Source: Eledone cirrhosa
Lineage: Eukaryota
NCBI GenBank assembly: GCA_964016885.1
Contig: OZ024744.1
Coordinates: 100,316,001-100,380,000 of the forward strand
Reading direction: 5' to 3'
Length of the DNA stretch: 64,000 nucleotides
Part shown: piece after piece, positions 51,368-64,000 of the stretch
Numbering within the stretch: the first letter of the stretch is position 1
How the letters are laid out: every line of letters begins with the position of its first letter
Position numbers and translations under genes: made by a program
Notes under the pieces: model-generated
Database searches by the model: none
What the model saw: only the letters and a program-made list of their open reading frames with translations
What the model was told of the DNA's origin: nothing

Positions 51368-54300
51368 GTGTATGTGTGTAGCTCAGAACTGTATGTATAC
51401 TGGTATTTTGTTTGTGTGTATACCTGTATTATAATGTGTGTGTCTGTCTGTCTGTGTCTGTCTGTCTGTCTGTGTGTGTGTGTGTAGCTCAGAACTGTAT
51501 GTATACTGGTATTTTGTTTGTGTGTATACCTGTATTATAATGTGTGTGTCTGTCTGTGTCTGTCTGTGTCTGTCTGTGTGTATGTGTGTAGCTCAGAACT
51601 GTATGTATACTGGTATTTTGTTTGTGTGTATACCTGTATTATAATGTGTGTGTCTGTCTGTCTGTGTCTGTCTGTGTCTGTCTGTGTGTATGTGTGTAGC
51701 TCAGAACTGTATGTATACTGGTATTTTGTTTGTGTGTATACCTGTATTATAATGTGTGTGTCTGTCTGTCTGTGTCTGTCTGTGTCTGTCTGTGTGTATG
51801 TGTGTAGCTCAGAACTGTATGTATACTGGTATTTTGTTTGTGTGTATACCTGTATTATAATGTGTGTGTGTCTGTCTGTCTGTGTCTGTCTGTGTCTGTC
51901 TGTGTGTATGTGTGTAGCTCAGAACTGTATGTATACTGGTATTTTGTTTGTGTGTATACCTGTATTATAATGTGTGTGTCTGTCTGTCTGTCTGTGTCTG
52001 TCTGTGTGTATGTGTGTAGCTCAGAACTGTATGTATACTGGTATTTTGTTTGTGTGTATACCTGTATTATAATGTGTGTGTGTCTGTCTGTCTGTGTCTG
52101 TCTGTGTCTGTCTGTGTGTATGTGTGTAGCTCAGAACTGTATGTATACTGGTATTTTGTTTGTGTGTATACCTGTATTATAATGTGTCTGTCTGTCAGTC
52201 TGTGTGTCTGTCTGTGTGTATGTGTGTAGCTCAGAACTGTATGTATACTGGTATTTTGTTTGTGTGTATACCTGTATTATAATGTGTGTGTCTGTCTGTC
52301 TGTGTCTGTGTGTATGTGTGTAGCTCAGAACTGTATGTATACTGGTATTTTGTTTGTGTGTATACCTGTATTATAATGTGTCTGTCTGTCTGTCTGTCTG
52401 TGTGTATGTGTGTAGCTCAGAACTGTATGTATACTGGTATTTTGTTTGTGTGTATACCTGTATTATAATGTGTGTGTCTGTCTGTCTGTCTGTCTGTGTC
52501 TGTCTGTGTGTATGTGTGTAGCTCAGAACTGTATGTATACTGGTATTTTGTTTGTGTGTATACCTGTATTATAATGTGTGTGTCTGTCTGTCTGTCTGTG
52601 TGTATGTGTGTAGCTCAGAACTGTATGTATACTGGTATTTTGTTTGTGTGTATACCTGTATTATAATGTGTGTCTGTCTGTCTGTCTGTCTGTGTCTGTC
52701 TGTGTGTATGTGTGTAGCTCAGAACTGTATGTATACTGGTATTTTGTTTGTGTGTATACCTGTATTATAATGTGTATGTATGTCTGTCTGTCTGTGTCTG
52801 TCTGTGTGTATGTGTGTAGCTCAGAACTGTATGTATACTGGTATTTTGTTTGTGTGTATACCTGTATTATAATGTGTCTGTCTGTCTGTCTGTCAGTCTG
52901 TGTCTGTCTGAGTGTAGCTCAGAACTGTATGTATACTGGTATTTTGTTTGTGTGTATACCTGTATTAAAATGTGTGTCTGTCTGTCTGTCTGTCTGTGTC
53001 TGTCTGTGTGTATGTGTGTATGTGTGTAGCTCAGAACTGTATGTATACTTGTATTTTGTTTGTGTGTATACCTGTATTATAATGTGTGTCTGTCTGTCTG
53101 TGTCTGTCTGTGTGTATGTGTGTAGCTCAGAACTGTATGTATACTGGTATTTTGTTTGTGTGTATACCTGTATTATAATGTGTGTGTCTGTCTGTCTGTC
53201 TGTCTGTGTCTGTCTGTGTGTATGTGTGTAGCTCAGAACTGTATGTATACTGGTATTTTGTTTGTGTGTATACCTGTATTATAATGTGTGTGTGTCTGTC
53301 TGTCTGTCTGTGTCTGTCTGTGTGTATGTGTGTAGCTCAGAACTGTATGTATACTGGTATTTTGTTTGTGTGTATACCTGTATTATAATGTGTGTCTGTC
53401 TGTCTGTCTGTCTGTCTGTGTTTATGTGTGTAGCTCAGAACTGTATGTATACTGGTATTTTGTTTGTGTGTATACCTGTATTATAATGTGTGTGTCTGTC
53501 TGTCTGTCTGTGTGTGTGTGTGTGTGTGTAGCTCAGAACTGTATGTATACTGGTATTTTGTTTGTATGTATACCTGTATTATAATGTGTGTGTGTCTGTG
53601 TCTGTCTGTGTGTATGTGTGTAGCTCAGAACTGTATGTATACTGGTATTTTGTTTGTGTGTATACCTGTATTATAATGTGTCTGTCTGTCTGTCTGTGTC
53701 TGGTCTGTGTGTATGTGTGTAGCTCAGAACTGTATGTATACTGGTATTTTGTTTGTGTGTATACCTGTATTATAATGTGTGTTTGTCTGTGTCTGTCTGT
53801 GTGTATGTGTGTAGCTCAGAACTGTATGTATACTGGTATTTTGTTTGTGTGTATACCTGTATTATAATGTGTGTTTGTCTGTGTCTGTCTGTGTGTATGT
53901 GTGTAGCTCAGAACTGTATGTATACTGGTATTTTGTTTGTGTGTATACCTGTATTATAATGTGTGTTTGTCTGTGTCTGTCTGTGTGTATGTGTGTAGCT
54001 CAGAACTGTATGTATACTGGTATTTTGTTTGTGTGTATACCTGTATTATAATGTGTGTGTCTGTCTGTCTGTCTGTGTCTGTCTGTGTGTATGTGTGTAG
54101 CTCAGAACTGTATGTATACTGGTATTTTGTTTGTGTGTATACCTGTATTATAATGTGTGTATGTTTGTCTGTCTGTCTGTGTCTGTGTGTGTGTATGTGT
54201 GTAGCTCAGAACTGTATGTATACTGGTATTTTGTTTGTGTGTATACCTGTATTATAATGTGTGTGTGTCTGTCTGTCTGTCTGTCTGTGTCTGTCTGTGT

Positions 54301-54579
54301 GTATGTGTGTAGCTCAGAACTGTATGTATACTGGTATTTTGTTTGTGTGTATACCTGTATTATAATGTGTGTGTCTGTCTGTCTGTCTGTCTGTGTCTGT
54401 CTGTGTGTATGTGTGTAGCTCAGAACTGTATGTATACTGGTATTTTGTTTGTGTGTATACCCGTATTATAATGTGTGTCTGTCTGTCTGTCTGTCTGTGT
54501 CTGTCTGTGTGTATGTGTGTAGCACAGAACTGTATGTATACTGGTATTTTGTTTGTGTGTATACCTGTATTATAATGTG

Positions 54580-54610
<31 letters not shown>

Positions 54611-54986
54611 GTGTATGTGTGTAGCTCAGAACTGTATGTATACTGGTATTTTGTTTGTGTGTATACCTGTATTATAATGTGTGTGTCTGTCTGTCTGTCT
54701 GTCTGTGTCTGTCTGTGTGTATGTGTGTAGCTCAGAACTGTATGTATACTGGTATTTTGTTTGTGTGTATACCCTGTATTATAATGTGTGTCTGTCTGTC
54801 TGTCTGTCTGTGTCTGTCTGTGTGTATGTGTGTAGCTCAGAACTGTATGTATACTGGTATTTTGTTTGTGTGTATACCTGTATTATAATGTGTGTCTGTC
54901 TGTCTGTCTGTCTGTGTGTATGTGTGTAGCTCAGAACTGTATGTATACTGGTATTTTGTTTGTGTGTATACCTGTATTATAATGTG

Positions 54987-55017
<31 letters not shown>

Positions 55018-58000
55018 GTGTATGTGTGTAGCTCAGAACTGTATGTATACTGGTATTTTGTTTGTGTGTATACCTGTATTATAATGTGTGTGTCTGTCTG
55101 TCTGTGTCTGTCTGTCTGTCTGTGTGTGTGTGTGTAGCTCAGAACTGTATGTATACTGGTATTTTGTTTGTGTGTATACCTGTATTATAATGTGTGTGTC
55201 TGTCTGTGTCTGTCTGTGTCTGTCTGTGTGTATGTGTGTAGCTCAGAACTGTATGTATACTGGTATTTTGTTTGTGTGTATACCTGTATTATAATGTGTG
55301 TGTCTGTCTGTCTGTGTCTGTCTGTGTCTGTCTGTGTGTATGTGTGTAGCTCAGAACTGTATGTATACTGGTATTTTGTTTGTGTGTATACCTGTATTAT
55401 AATGTGTGTGTCTGTCTGTCTGTGTCTGTCTGTGTCTGTCTGTGTGTATGTGTGTAGCTCAGAACTGTATGTATACTGGTATTTTGTTTGTGTGTATACC
55501 TGTATTATAATGTGTGTGTGTCTGTCTGTCTGTGTCTGTCTGTGTCTGTCTGTGTGTATGTGTGTAGCTCAGAACTGTATGTATACTGGTATTTTGTTTG
55601 TGTGTATACCTGTATTATAATGTGTGTGTCTGTCTGTCTGTCTGTGTCTGTCTGTGTGTATGTGTGTAGCTCAGAACTGTATGTATACTGGTATTTTGTT
55701 TGTGTGTATACCTGTATTATAATGTGTGTGTGTCTGTCTGTCTGTGTCTGTCTGTGTCTGTCTGTGTGTATGTGTGTAGCTCAGAACTGTATGTATACTG
55801 GTATTTTGTTTGTGTGTATACCTGTATTATAATGTGTCTGTCTGTCAGTCTGTGTGTCTGTCTGTGTGTATGTGTGTAGCTCAGAACTGTATGTATACTG
55901 GTATTTTGTTTGTGTGTATACCTGTATTATAATGTGTGTGTCTGTCTGTCTGTGTCTGTGTGTATGTGTGTAGCTCAGAACTGTATGTATACTGGTATTT
56001 TGTTTGTGTGTATACCTGTATTATAATGTGTCTGTCTGTCTGTCTGTCTGTGTGTATGTGTGTAGCTCAGAACTGTATGTATACTGGTATTTTGTTTGTG
56101 TGTATACCTGTATTATAATGTGTGTGTCTGTCTGTCTGTCTGTCTGTGTCTGTCTGTGTGTATGTGTGTAGCTCAGAACTGTATGTATACTGGTATTTTG
56201 TTTGTGTGTATACCTGTATTATAATGTGTGTGTCTGTCTGTCTGTCTGTCTGTGTGTATGTGTGTAGCTCAGAACTGTATGTATACTGGTATTTTGTTTG
56301 TGTGTATACCTGTATTATAATGTGTGTCTGTCTGTCTGTCTGTCTGTGTCTGTCTGTGTGTATGTGTGTAGCTCAGAACTGTATGTATACTGGTATTTTG
56401 TTTGTGTGTATACCTGTATTATAATGTGTATGTATGTCTGTCTGTCTGTGTCTGTCTGTGTGTATGTGTGTAGCTCAGAACTGTATGTATACTGGTATTT
56501 TGTTTGTGTGTATACCTGTATTATAATGTGTCTGTCTGTCTGTCTGTCAGTCTGTGTCTGTCTGAGTGTAGCTCAGAACTGTATGTATACTGGTATTTTG
56601 TTTGTGTGTATACCTGTATTAAAATGTGTGTCTGTCTGTCTGTCTGTCTGTGTCTGTCTGTGTGTATGTGTGTATGTGTGTAGCTCAGAACTGTATGTAT
56701 ACTTGTATTTTGTTTGTGTGTATACCTGTATTATAATGTGTGTCTGTCTGTCTGTGTCTGTCTGTGTGTATGTGTGTAGCTCAGAACTGTATGTATACTG
56801 GTATTTTGTTTGTGTGTATACCTGTATTATAATGTGTGTGTCTGTCTGTCTGTCTGTCTGTGTCTGTCTGTGTGTATGTGTGTAGCTCAGAACTGTATGT
56901 ATACTGGTATTTTGTTTGTGTGTATACCTGTATTATAATGTGTGTGTGTCTGTCTGTCTGTCTGTGTCTGTCTGTGTGTATGTGTGTAGCTCAGAACTGT
57001 ATGTATACTGGTATTTTGTTTGTGTGTATACCTGTATTATAATGTGTGTCTGTCTGTCTGTCTGTCTGTCTGTGTTTATGTGTGTAGCTCAGAACTGTAT
57101 GTATACTGGTATTTTGTTTGTGTGTATACCTGTATTATAATGTGTGTGTCTGTCTGTCTGTCTGTGTGTGTGTGTGTGTGTGTAGCTCAGAACTGTATGT
57201 ATACTGGTATTTTGTTTGTATGTATACCTGTATTATAATGTGTGTGTGTCTGTGTCTGTCTGTGTGTATGTGTGTAGCTCAGAACTGTATGTATACTGGT
57301 ATTTTGTTTGTGTGTATACCTGTATTATAATGTGTCTGTCTGTCTGTCTGTGTCTGTCTGTGTGTATGTGTGTAGCTCAGAACTGTATGTATACTGGTAT
57401 TTTGTTTGTGTGTATACCTGTATTATAATGTGTGTTTGTCTGTGTCTGTCTGTGTGTATGTGTGTAGCTCAGAACTGTATGTATACTGGTATTTTGTTTG
57501 TGTGTATACCTGTATTATAATGTGTGTTTGTCTGTGTCTGTCTGTGTGTATGTGTGTAGCTCAGAACTGTATGTATACTGGTATTTTGTTTGTGTGTATA
57601 CCTGTATTATAATGTGTGTTTGTCTGTGTCTGTCTGTGTGTATGTGTGTAGCTCAGAACTGTATGTATACTGGTATTTTGTTTGTGTGTATACCTGTATT
57701 ATAATGTGTGTGTGTCTGTCTGTCTGTGTCTGTCTGTGTGTATGTGTGTAGCTCAGAACTGTATGTATACTGGTATTTTGTTTGTGTGTATACCTGTATT
57801 ATAATGTGTGTTTGTCTGTGTCTGTCTGTGTGTATGTGTGTAGCTCAGAACTGTATGTATACGTGTATTTTGTTTGTGTGTATACCTCTATTATAATGTG
57901 TGTCTGTCTGTCTGTCTGTCTGTCTGTGTTTATGTGTGTAGCTCAGAACTGTATGTATACTGGTATTTTGTTTGTGTGTATACCTGTATTATAATGTGTG

Positions 58001-61000
58001 TGTCTGTCTGTCTGTCTGTGTGTATGTGTGTAGCTCAGAACTGTATGTATACTGGTATTTTGTTTGTGTGTATACCTGTATTATAATGTGTGTGTCTGTC
58101 TGTCTGTGTCTGTGTGTATGTGTGTAGCTCAGAACTGTATGTATACTGGTATTTTGTTTGTGTGTATACCTGTATTATAATGTGTGTCTGTCTGTCTGTC
58201 TGTCTGTGTCTGTCTGTGTGTATGTGTGTATGTGTGTAGCTCAGAACTGTATGTATACTGGTATTTTGTTTGTGTGTATACCTGTATTATAATGTGTGTA
58301 TGTTTGTCTGTCTGTCTGTGTCTGTGTGTGTGTATGTGTGTAGCTCAGAACTGTATGTATACTGGTATTTTGTTTGTGTGTATACCTGTATTACAATGTG
58401 TGTGTGTCTGTCTGTCTGTCTGTCTGTGTCTGTCTGTGTGTATGTGTGTAGCTCAGAACTGTATGTATACTGGTATTTTGTTTGTGTGTATACCTGTATT
58501 ATAATGTGTGTGTCTGTCTGTCTGTCTGTCTGTGTCTGTCTGTGTGTATGTGTGTAGCTCAGAACTGTATGTATACTGGTATTTTGTTTGTGTGTATACC
58601 CGTATTATAATGTGTGTCTGTCTGTCTGTCTGTCTGTGTCTGTCTGTGTGTATGTGTGTAGCACAGAACTGTATGTATACTGGTATTTTGTTTGTGTGTA
58701 TACCTGTATTATAATGTGTGTCTGTCTGTCTGTCTGTCTGTGTGTATGTGTGTAGCTCAGAACTGTAGGTATACTGGTATTTTGTTTGTGTGTATACCTG
58801 TATTATAATGTGTGTCTGTCTGTCTGTCTGTCTGTGTGTATGTGTGTAGCTCAGAACTGTATGTATACTGGTATTTTGTTTGTGTGTATACCTGTATTAT
58901 AATGTGTGTCTGTCTGTCTGTCTGTCTGTCTGTGTGTATGTGTGTAGCTCAGAACTGTATGTATACTGGTATTTTGTTTGTGTGTATACCTGTATTATAA
59001 TGTGTGTGTCTGTCTGTCTGTGTCTGTCTGTCTGTGTGTGTGTGTGTAGCTCAGAACTGTATGTATACTGGTATTTTGTTTGTGTGTATACCTGTATTAT
59101 AACGTGTGTGTCTGTCTGTCTGTGTCTGTCTGTCTCTGTCTGTGTGTATGTGTGTAGCTCAGAATTGTATGTATACTGGTATTTTGTTTGTGTGTATACC
59201 TGTATTATAATGTGTGTGTCTGTCTGTCTGTGTCTGTCTGTGTCTGTCTGTGTGTATGTGTGTAGCTCAGAACTGTATGTATACTGGTATTTTGTTTGTG
59301 TGTATACCTGTATTATAATGTGTGTGTCTGTCTGTCTGTCTGTGTCTGTCTGTGTGTATGTGTGTAGCTCAGAACTGTATGTATACTGGTATTTTGTTTG
59401 TGTGTATACCTGTATTATAATGTGTGTGTGTCTGTCTGTCTGTGTCTGTCTGTGTCTGTCTGTGTGTATGTGTGTAGCTCAGAACTGTATGTATACTGGT
59501 ATTTTGTTTGTGTGTATACCTGTATTATAATGTGTGTGTCTGTCTGTCTGTGTCTGTGTGTATGTGTGTAGCTCAGAACTGTATGTATACTGGTATTTTG
59601 TTTGTGTGTATACCTGTATTATAATGTGTGTGTCTGTCTGTCTGTCTGTGTCTGTCTGTGTGTATGTGTGTAGCTCAGAACTGTATGTATACTGGTATTT
59701 TGTTTGTGTGTATACCTGTATTATAATGTGTGTGTGTCTGTCTGTCTGTGTCTGTCTGTGTCTGTCTGTGTGTGTGTGTGTAGCTCAGAACTGTATGTAT
59801 ACTGGTATTTTGTTTGTGTGTATACCTGTATTATAATGTGTGTGTCTGTCTGTCTGTGTCTGTGTGTATGTGTGTAGCTCAGAACTGTATGTATACTGGT
59901 ATTTTGTTTGTGTGTATACCTGTATTATAATGTGTGTGTCTGTCTGTCTGTCTGTCTGTCTGTGTCTGTCTGTGTGTATGTGTGTAGCTCAGAACTGTAT
60001 GTATACTGGTATTTTGTTTGTGTGTATACCTGTATTATAATGTGTGTCTGTCTGTCTGTCTGTCTGTGTCTGTCTGTGTGTATGTGTGTAGCTCAGAACT
60101 GTATGTATACTGGTATTTTGTTTGTGTGTATACCTGTATTATAATGTGTCTGTCTGTCTGTCTGTCAGTCTGTGTCTGTCTGTGTGTAGCTCAGAACTGT
60201 ATGTATACTGGTATTTTGTTTGTGTGTATACCTGTATTATAATGTGTGTCTGTCTGTCTGTCTGTCTGTGTCTGTCTGTGTGTATGTGTGTATGTGTGTA
60301 GCTCAGAACTGTATGTATACTGGTATTTTGTTTGTGTGTATACCTGTATTATAATGTGTGTCTGTCTGTCTGTCTGTCTGTGTCTGTCTGTGTGTATGTG
60401 TGTAGCTCAGAACTGTATGTATACTGGTATTTTGTTTGTGTGTATACCTGTATTATAATGTGTGTCTGTCTGTCTGTCTGTCTGTCTGTGTGTATGTGTG
60501 TAGCTCAGAACTGTATGTATACTGGTATTTTGTTTGTGTGTATACCTGTATTATAATGTGTGTGTCTGTCTGTCTGTCTGTGTCTGTCTGTGTGTATGTG
60601 TGTAGCTCAGAACTGTATGTATACTGGTATTTTGTTTGTGTGTATACCTGTATTATAATGTGTGTGTCTGTCTGTCTGTGTGTGTCTGTGTGTATGTGTG
60701 TAGCTCAGAACTGTATGTATACTGGTATTTTGTTTGTGTGTATACCTGTATTATAATGTGTGTGTCTGTCTGTCTGTGTCTGTGTGTATGTGTGTAGCTC
60801 AGAACTGTATGTATACTGGTATTTTGTTTGTGTGTATACCTGTATTATAATGTGTGTCTGTCTGTCTGTCTGTCTGTGTCTGTCTGTGTGTATGTGTGTA
60901 GCTCAGAACTGTATGTATACTGGTATTTTGTTTGTGTGTATACCTGTATTATAATGTGTGTCTGTCTGTCTGTCTGTCTGTGTCTGTCTGTGTGTATGTG

Positions 61001-61356
61001 TGTAGCTCAGAACTGTATGTATACTGGTATTTTGTTTGTGTGTATACCTGTATTATAATGTGTGTGTCTGTCTGTCTGTCTGTCTGTGTCTGTCTGTGTG
61101 TATGTGTGTAGCTCAGAACTGTATGTATACTGGTATTTTGTTTGTGTGTATACCTGTATTATAATGTGTGTATGTCTGTCTGTCTGTCTGTGTCTGTGTG
61201 TGTGTAGCTCAGAACTGTATGTATACTGGTATTTTGTTTGTGTGTATACCTGTATTATAATGTGTGTTTGTCTGTGTCTGTCTGTGTGTATGTGTGTAGC
61301 TCAGAACTGTATGTATACTGGTATTTTGTTTGTGTGTATACCTGTATTATAATGTG

Positions 61357-61395
<39 letters not shown>

Positions 61396-63398
61396 GTTTA
61401 TGTGTGTAGCTCAGAACTGTATGTATACTGGTATTTTGTTTGTGTGTATACCTGTATTATAATGTGTGTGTCTGTCTGTCTGTCTGTGTGTGTGTGTGTG
61501 TAGCTCAGAACTGTATGTATACTGGTATTTTGTTTGTATGTATACCTGTATTATAATGTGTGTGTGTCTGTGTCTGTCTGTGTGTATGTGTGTAGCTCAG
61601 AACTGTATGTATACTGGTATTTTGTTTGTGTGTATACCTCTATTATAATGTGTCTGTCTGTCTGTCTGTGTCTGTCTGTGTGTATGTGTGTAGCTCAGAA
61701 CTGTATGTATACTGGTATTTTGTTTGTGTGTATACCTGTATTATAATGTGTGTGTGTCTGTGTCTGTCTGTGTGTATGTGTGTAGCTCAGAACTGTATGT
61801 ATACTGGTATTTTGTTTGTGTGTATACCTGTATTATAATGTGTCTGTCTGTCTGTCTGTGTCTGTCTGTGTGTATGTGTGTAGCTCAGAACTGTATGTAT
61901 ACTGGTATTTTGTTTGTATGTATACCTGTATTATAATGTGTGTGTGTCTGTGTCTGTCTGTGTGTATGTGTGTAGCTCAGAACTGTATGTATACTGGTAT
62001 TTTGTTTGTGTGTATACCTGTATTATAATGTGTCTGTCTGTCTGTCTGTGTCTGTCTGTGTGTATGTGTGTAGCTCAGAACTGTATGTATACTGGTATTT
62101 TGTTTGTGTGTATACCTGTATTATAATGTGTGTGTGTCTGTGTCTGTCTGTGTGTATGTGTGTAGCTCAGAACTGTATGTATACTGGTATTTTGTTTGTG
62201 TGTATACCTGTATTATAATGTGTGTTTGTCTGTGTCTGTCTGTGTGTATGTGTGTAGCTCAGAACTGTATGTATACTGGTATTTTGTTTGTGTGTATACC
62301 TGTATTATAATGTGTGTGTCTGTCTGTCTGTCTGTGTGTATGTGTGTAGCTCAGAACTGTATGTATACTGGTATTTTGTTTGTGTGTATACCTGTATTAT
62401 AATGTGTGTGTGTCTGTCTGTCTGTCTGTGTCTGTCTGTGTGTATGTGTGTAGCTCAGAACTGTATCTATACTGGTATTTTGTTTGTGTGTATACCTGTA
62501 TTATAATGTGTGTGTCTGTCTGTCTGTCTGTGTGTATGTGTGTAGCTCAGAACTGTATGTATACTGGTATTTTGTTTGTGTGTATACCTGTATTATAATG
62601 TGTCTGTCTGTCTGTTTGTCTGTGTCTGTCTGTGTGTATGTGTGTAGCTCAGAACTGTATGTATACTGGTATTTTGTTTGTGTGTATACCTGTATTATAA
62701 TGTGTGTTTGTCTGTGTCTGTATGTGTGTATGTGTGTAGCTCAGAACTGTATGTATACTGGTATTTTGTTTGTGTGTATACCTGTATTATAATGTGTGTG
62801 TCTGTCTGTCTGTCTGTGTGTATGTGTGTATGTGTGTAGCTCAGAACTGTATGTATACTGGTATTTTGTTTGTGTGTATACCTGTATTATAACGTGTGTG
62901 TGTCTGTCTGTCTGTCTGTGTCTGTCTGTGTGTGTGTGTGTAGCTCAGAACTGTATGTATACTGGTATTTTGTTTGTGTGTATACCTGTATTATAATGTG
63001 TGTGTGTCTGTCTGTCTGTCTGTGTCTGTCTGTGTGTAAGTGTGTAGCTCAGAACTGTATCTATACTGGTATTTTGTTTGTGTGTATACCTGTATTATAA
63101 TGTGTCTGTCTGTCTGTCTGTCTGTGTGTATGTGTGTAGCTCAGAACTGTATGTATACTGGTATTTTGTTTGTGTGTATACCTGTATTATAATGTGTCTG
63201 TCTGTCTGTCTGTCAGTCTGTGTCTGTCTGAGTGTAGCTCAGAACTGTATGTATACTGGTATTTTGTTTGTGTGTATACCTGTATTATAATGTGTGTCTG
63301 TCTGTCTGTCTGTCTGTGTCTGTCTGTGTGTATGTGTGTAGCTCAGAACTGTATGTATACTGGTATTTTGTTTGTGTGTATACCTGTATTATAATGTG

Positions 63399-63429
<31 letters not shown>

Positions 63430-64000
63430 GTGTATGTGTGTAGCTCAGAACTGTATGTATACTGGTATTTTGTTTGTGTGTATACCTGTATTATAATGTG
63501 TGTGTCTGTCTGTGTCTGTCTGTGTCTGTCTGTGTGTATGTGTGTAGCTCAGAACTGTATGTATACTGGTATTTTGTTTGTGTGTATACCTGTATTATAA
63601 TGTGTGTGTCTGTCTGTCTGTCTGTGTGTGTCTGTGTGTATGTGTGTAGCTCAGAACTGTATGTATACTGGTATTTTGTTTGTGTGTATACCTGTATTAT
63701 AATGTGTGTGTCTGTCTGTCTGTCTGTGTCTGTCTGTCTGTCTGTGTGTATGTGTGTAGCTCAGAACTGTATGTATACTGGTATTTTGTTTGTGTGTATA
63801 CCTGTATTATAATGTGTGTGTCTGTCTGTCTGTCTGTGTCTGTCTGTGTGTATGTGTGTAGCTCAGAACTGTATGTATACTGGTATTTTGTTTGTGTGTA
63901 TACCTGTATTATAATGTGTGTGTCTGTCTGTCTGTCTGTCTGTGTCTGTCTGTGTGTATGTGTGTAGCTCAGAACTGTATGTATACTGGTATTTTGTTTG
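39359..64000. repeat. Satellite array of ~100-bp units (about 86-112 bp), roughly 240-250 copies, running off the window
   Basis: Near-invariant 60-nt core TGTAGCTCAGAACTGTATGTATACTGGTATTTTGTTTGTGTGTATACCTGTATTATAATG plus a variable (TG)n(TCTG)n(TGTCTG)n spacer. Copy number estimated as array length divided by unit length. Confidence 0.98.

Noticed and set aside
39311-63967. Many Cys/Val-rich ORFs (CSSELYVYWYFVCVYTCIIM...)
   Set aside because: They are translations of the satellite, and the frame changes arbitrarily with spacer length.
39359-64000. CRISPR-like constant repeat / variable spacer architecture
   Set aside because: Spacers are only length variants of TG/TCTG microsatellite, the core is 60 nt, there are no cas genes, and the context is eukaryotic.

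Overview
Eukaryotic, AT-rich, repeat-dense genomic DNA. The SINE families and microsatellite content look like an octopus or other coleoid cephalopod (inference from pattern recognition, not searched). No complete host gene is present. There is a convincing minus-strand gene start at 1684-1865 (TATA at -30, Inr, ATG, 85-nt first coding exon, GT donor) and a weaker plus-strand gene start at about 38.0-39.4 kb. Between them lie about 36 kb of decayed and nested mobile elements: a Ty3/Gypsy provirus with both LTRs, a 31-nt tRNA-Trp PBS and most of gag missing; solo LTRs of two families; an R4/Dong-like REL LINE; RTE LINE fragments; a DD37D (maT) Tc1/mariner; non-autonomous Helitrons containing a Merlin-like MITE; about 13 copies of one tRNA-derived SINE; a Penelope-like remnant with a hammerhead-ribozyme fold; and several minisatellites, two of them apparently grown out of SINE interiors. 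From 39359 to the window end is a ~100-bp satellite (60-nt near-invariant core plus variable TG/TCTG spacer) with higher-order duplications. Its unit appears to copy an exon/intron junction, so each unit reads AG|9 nt|GTATGT. Most entries in the ORF track are artefacts of simple repeats.
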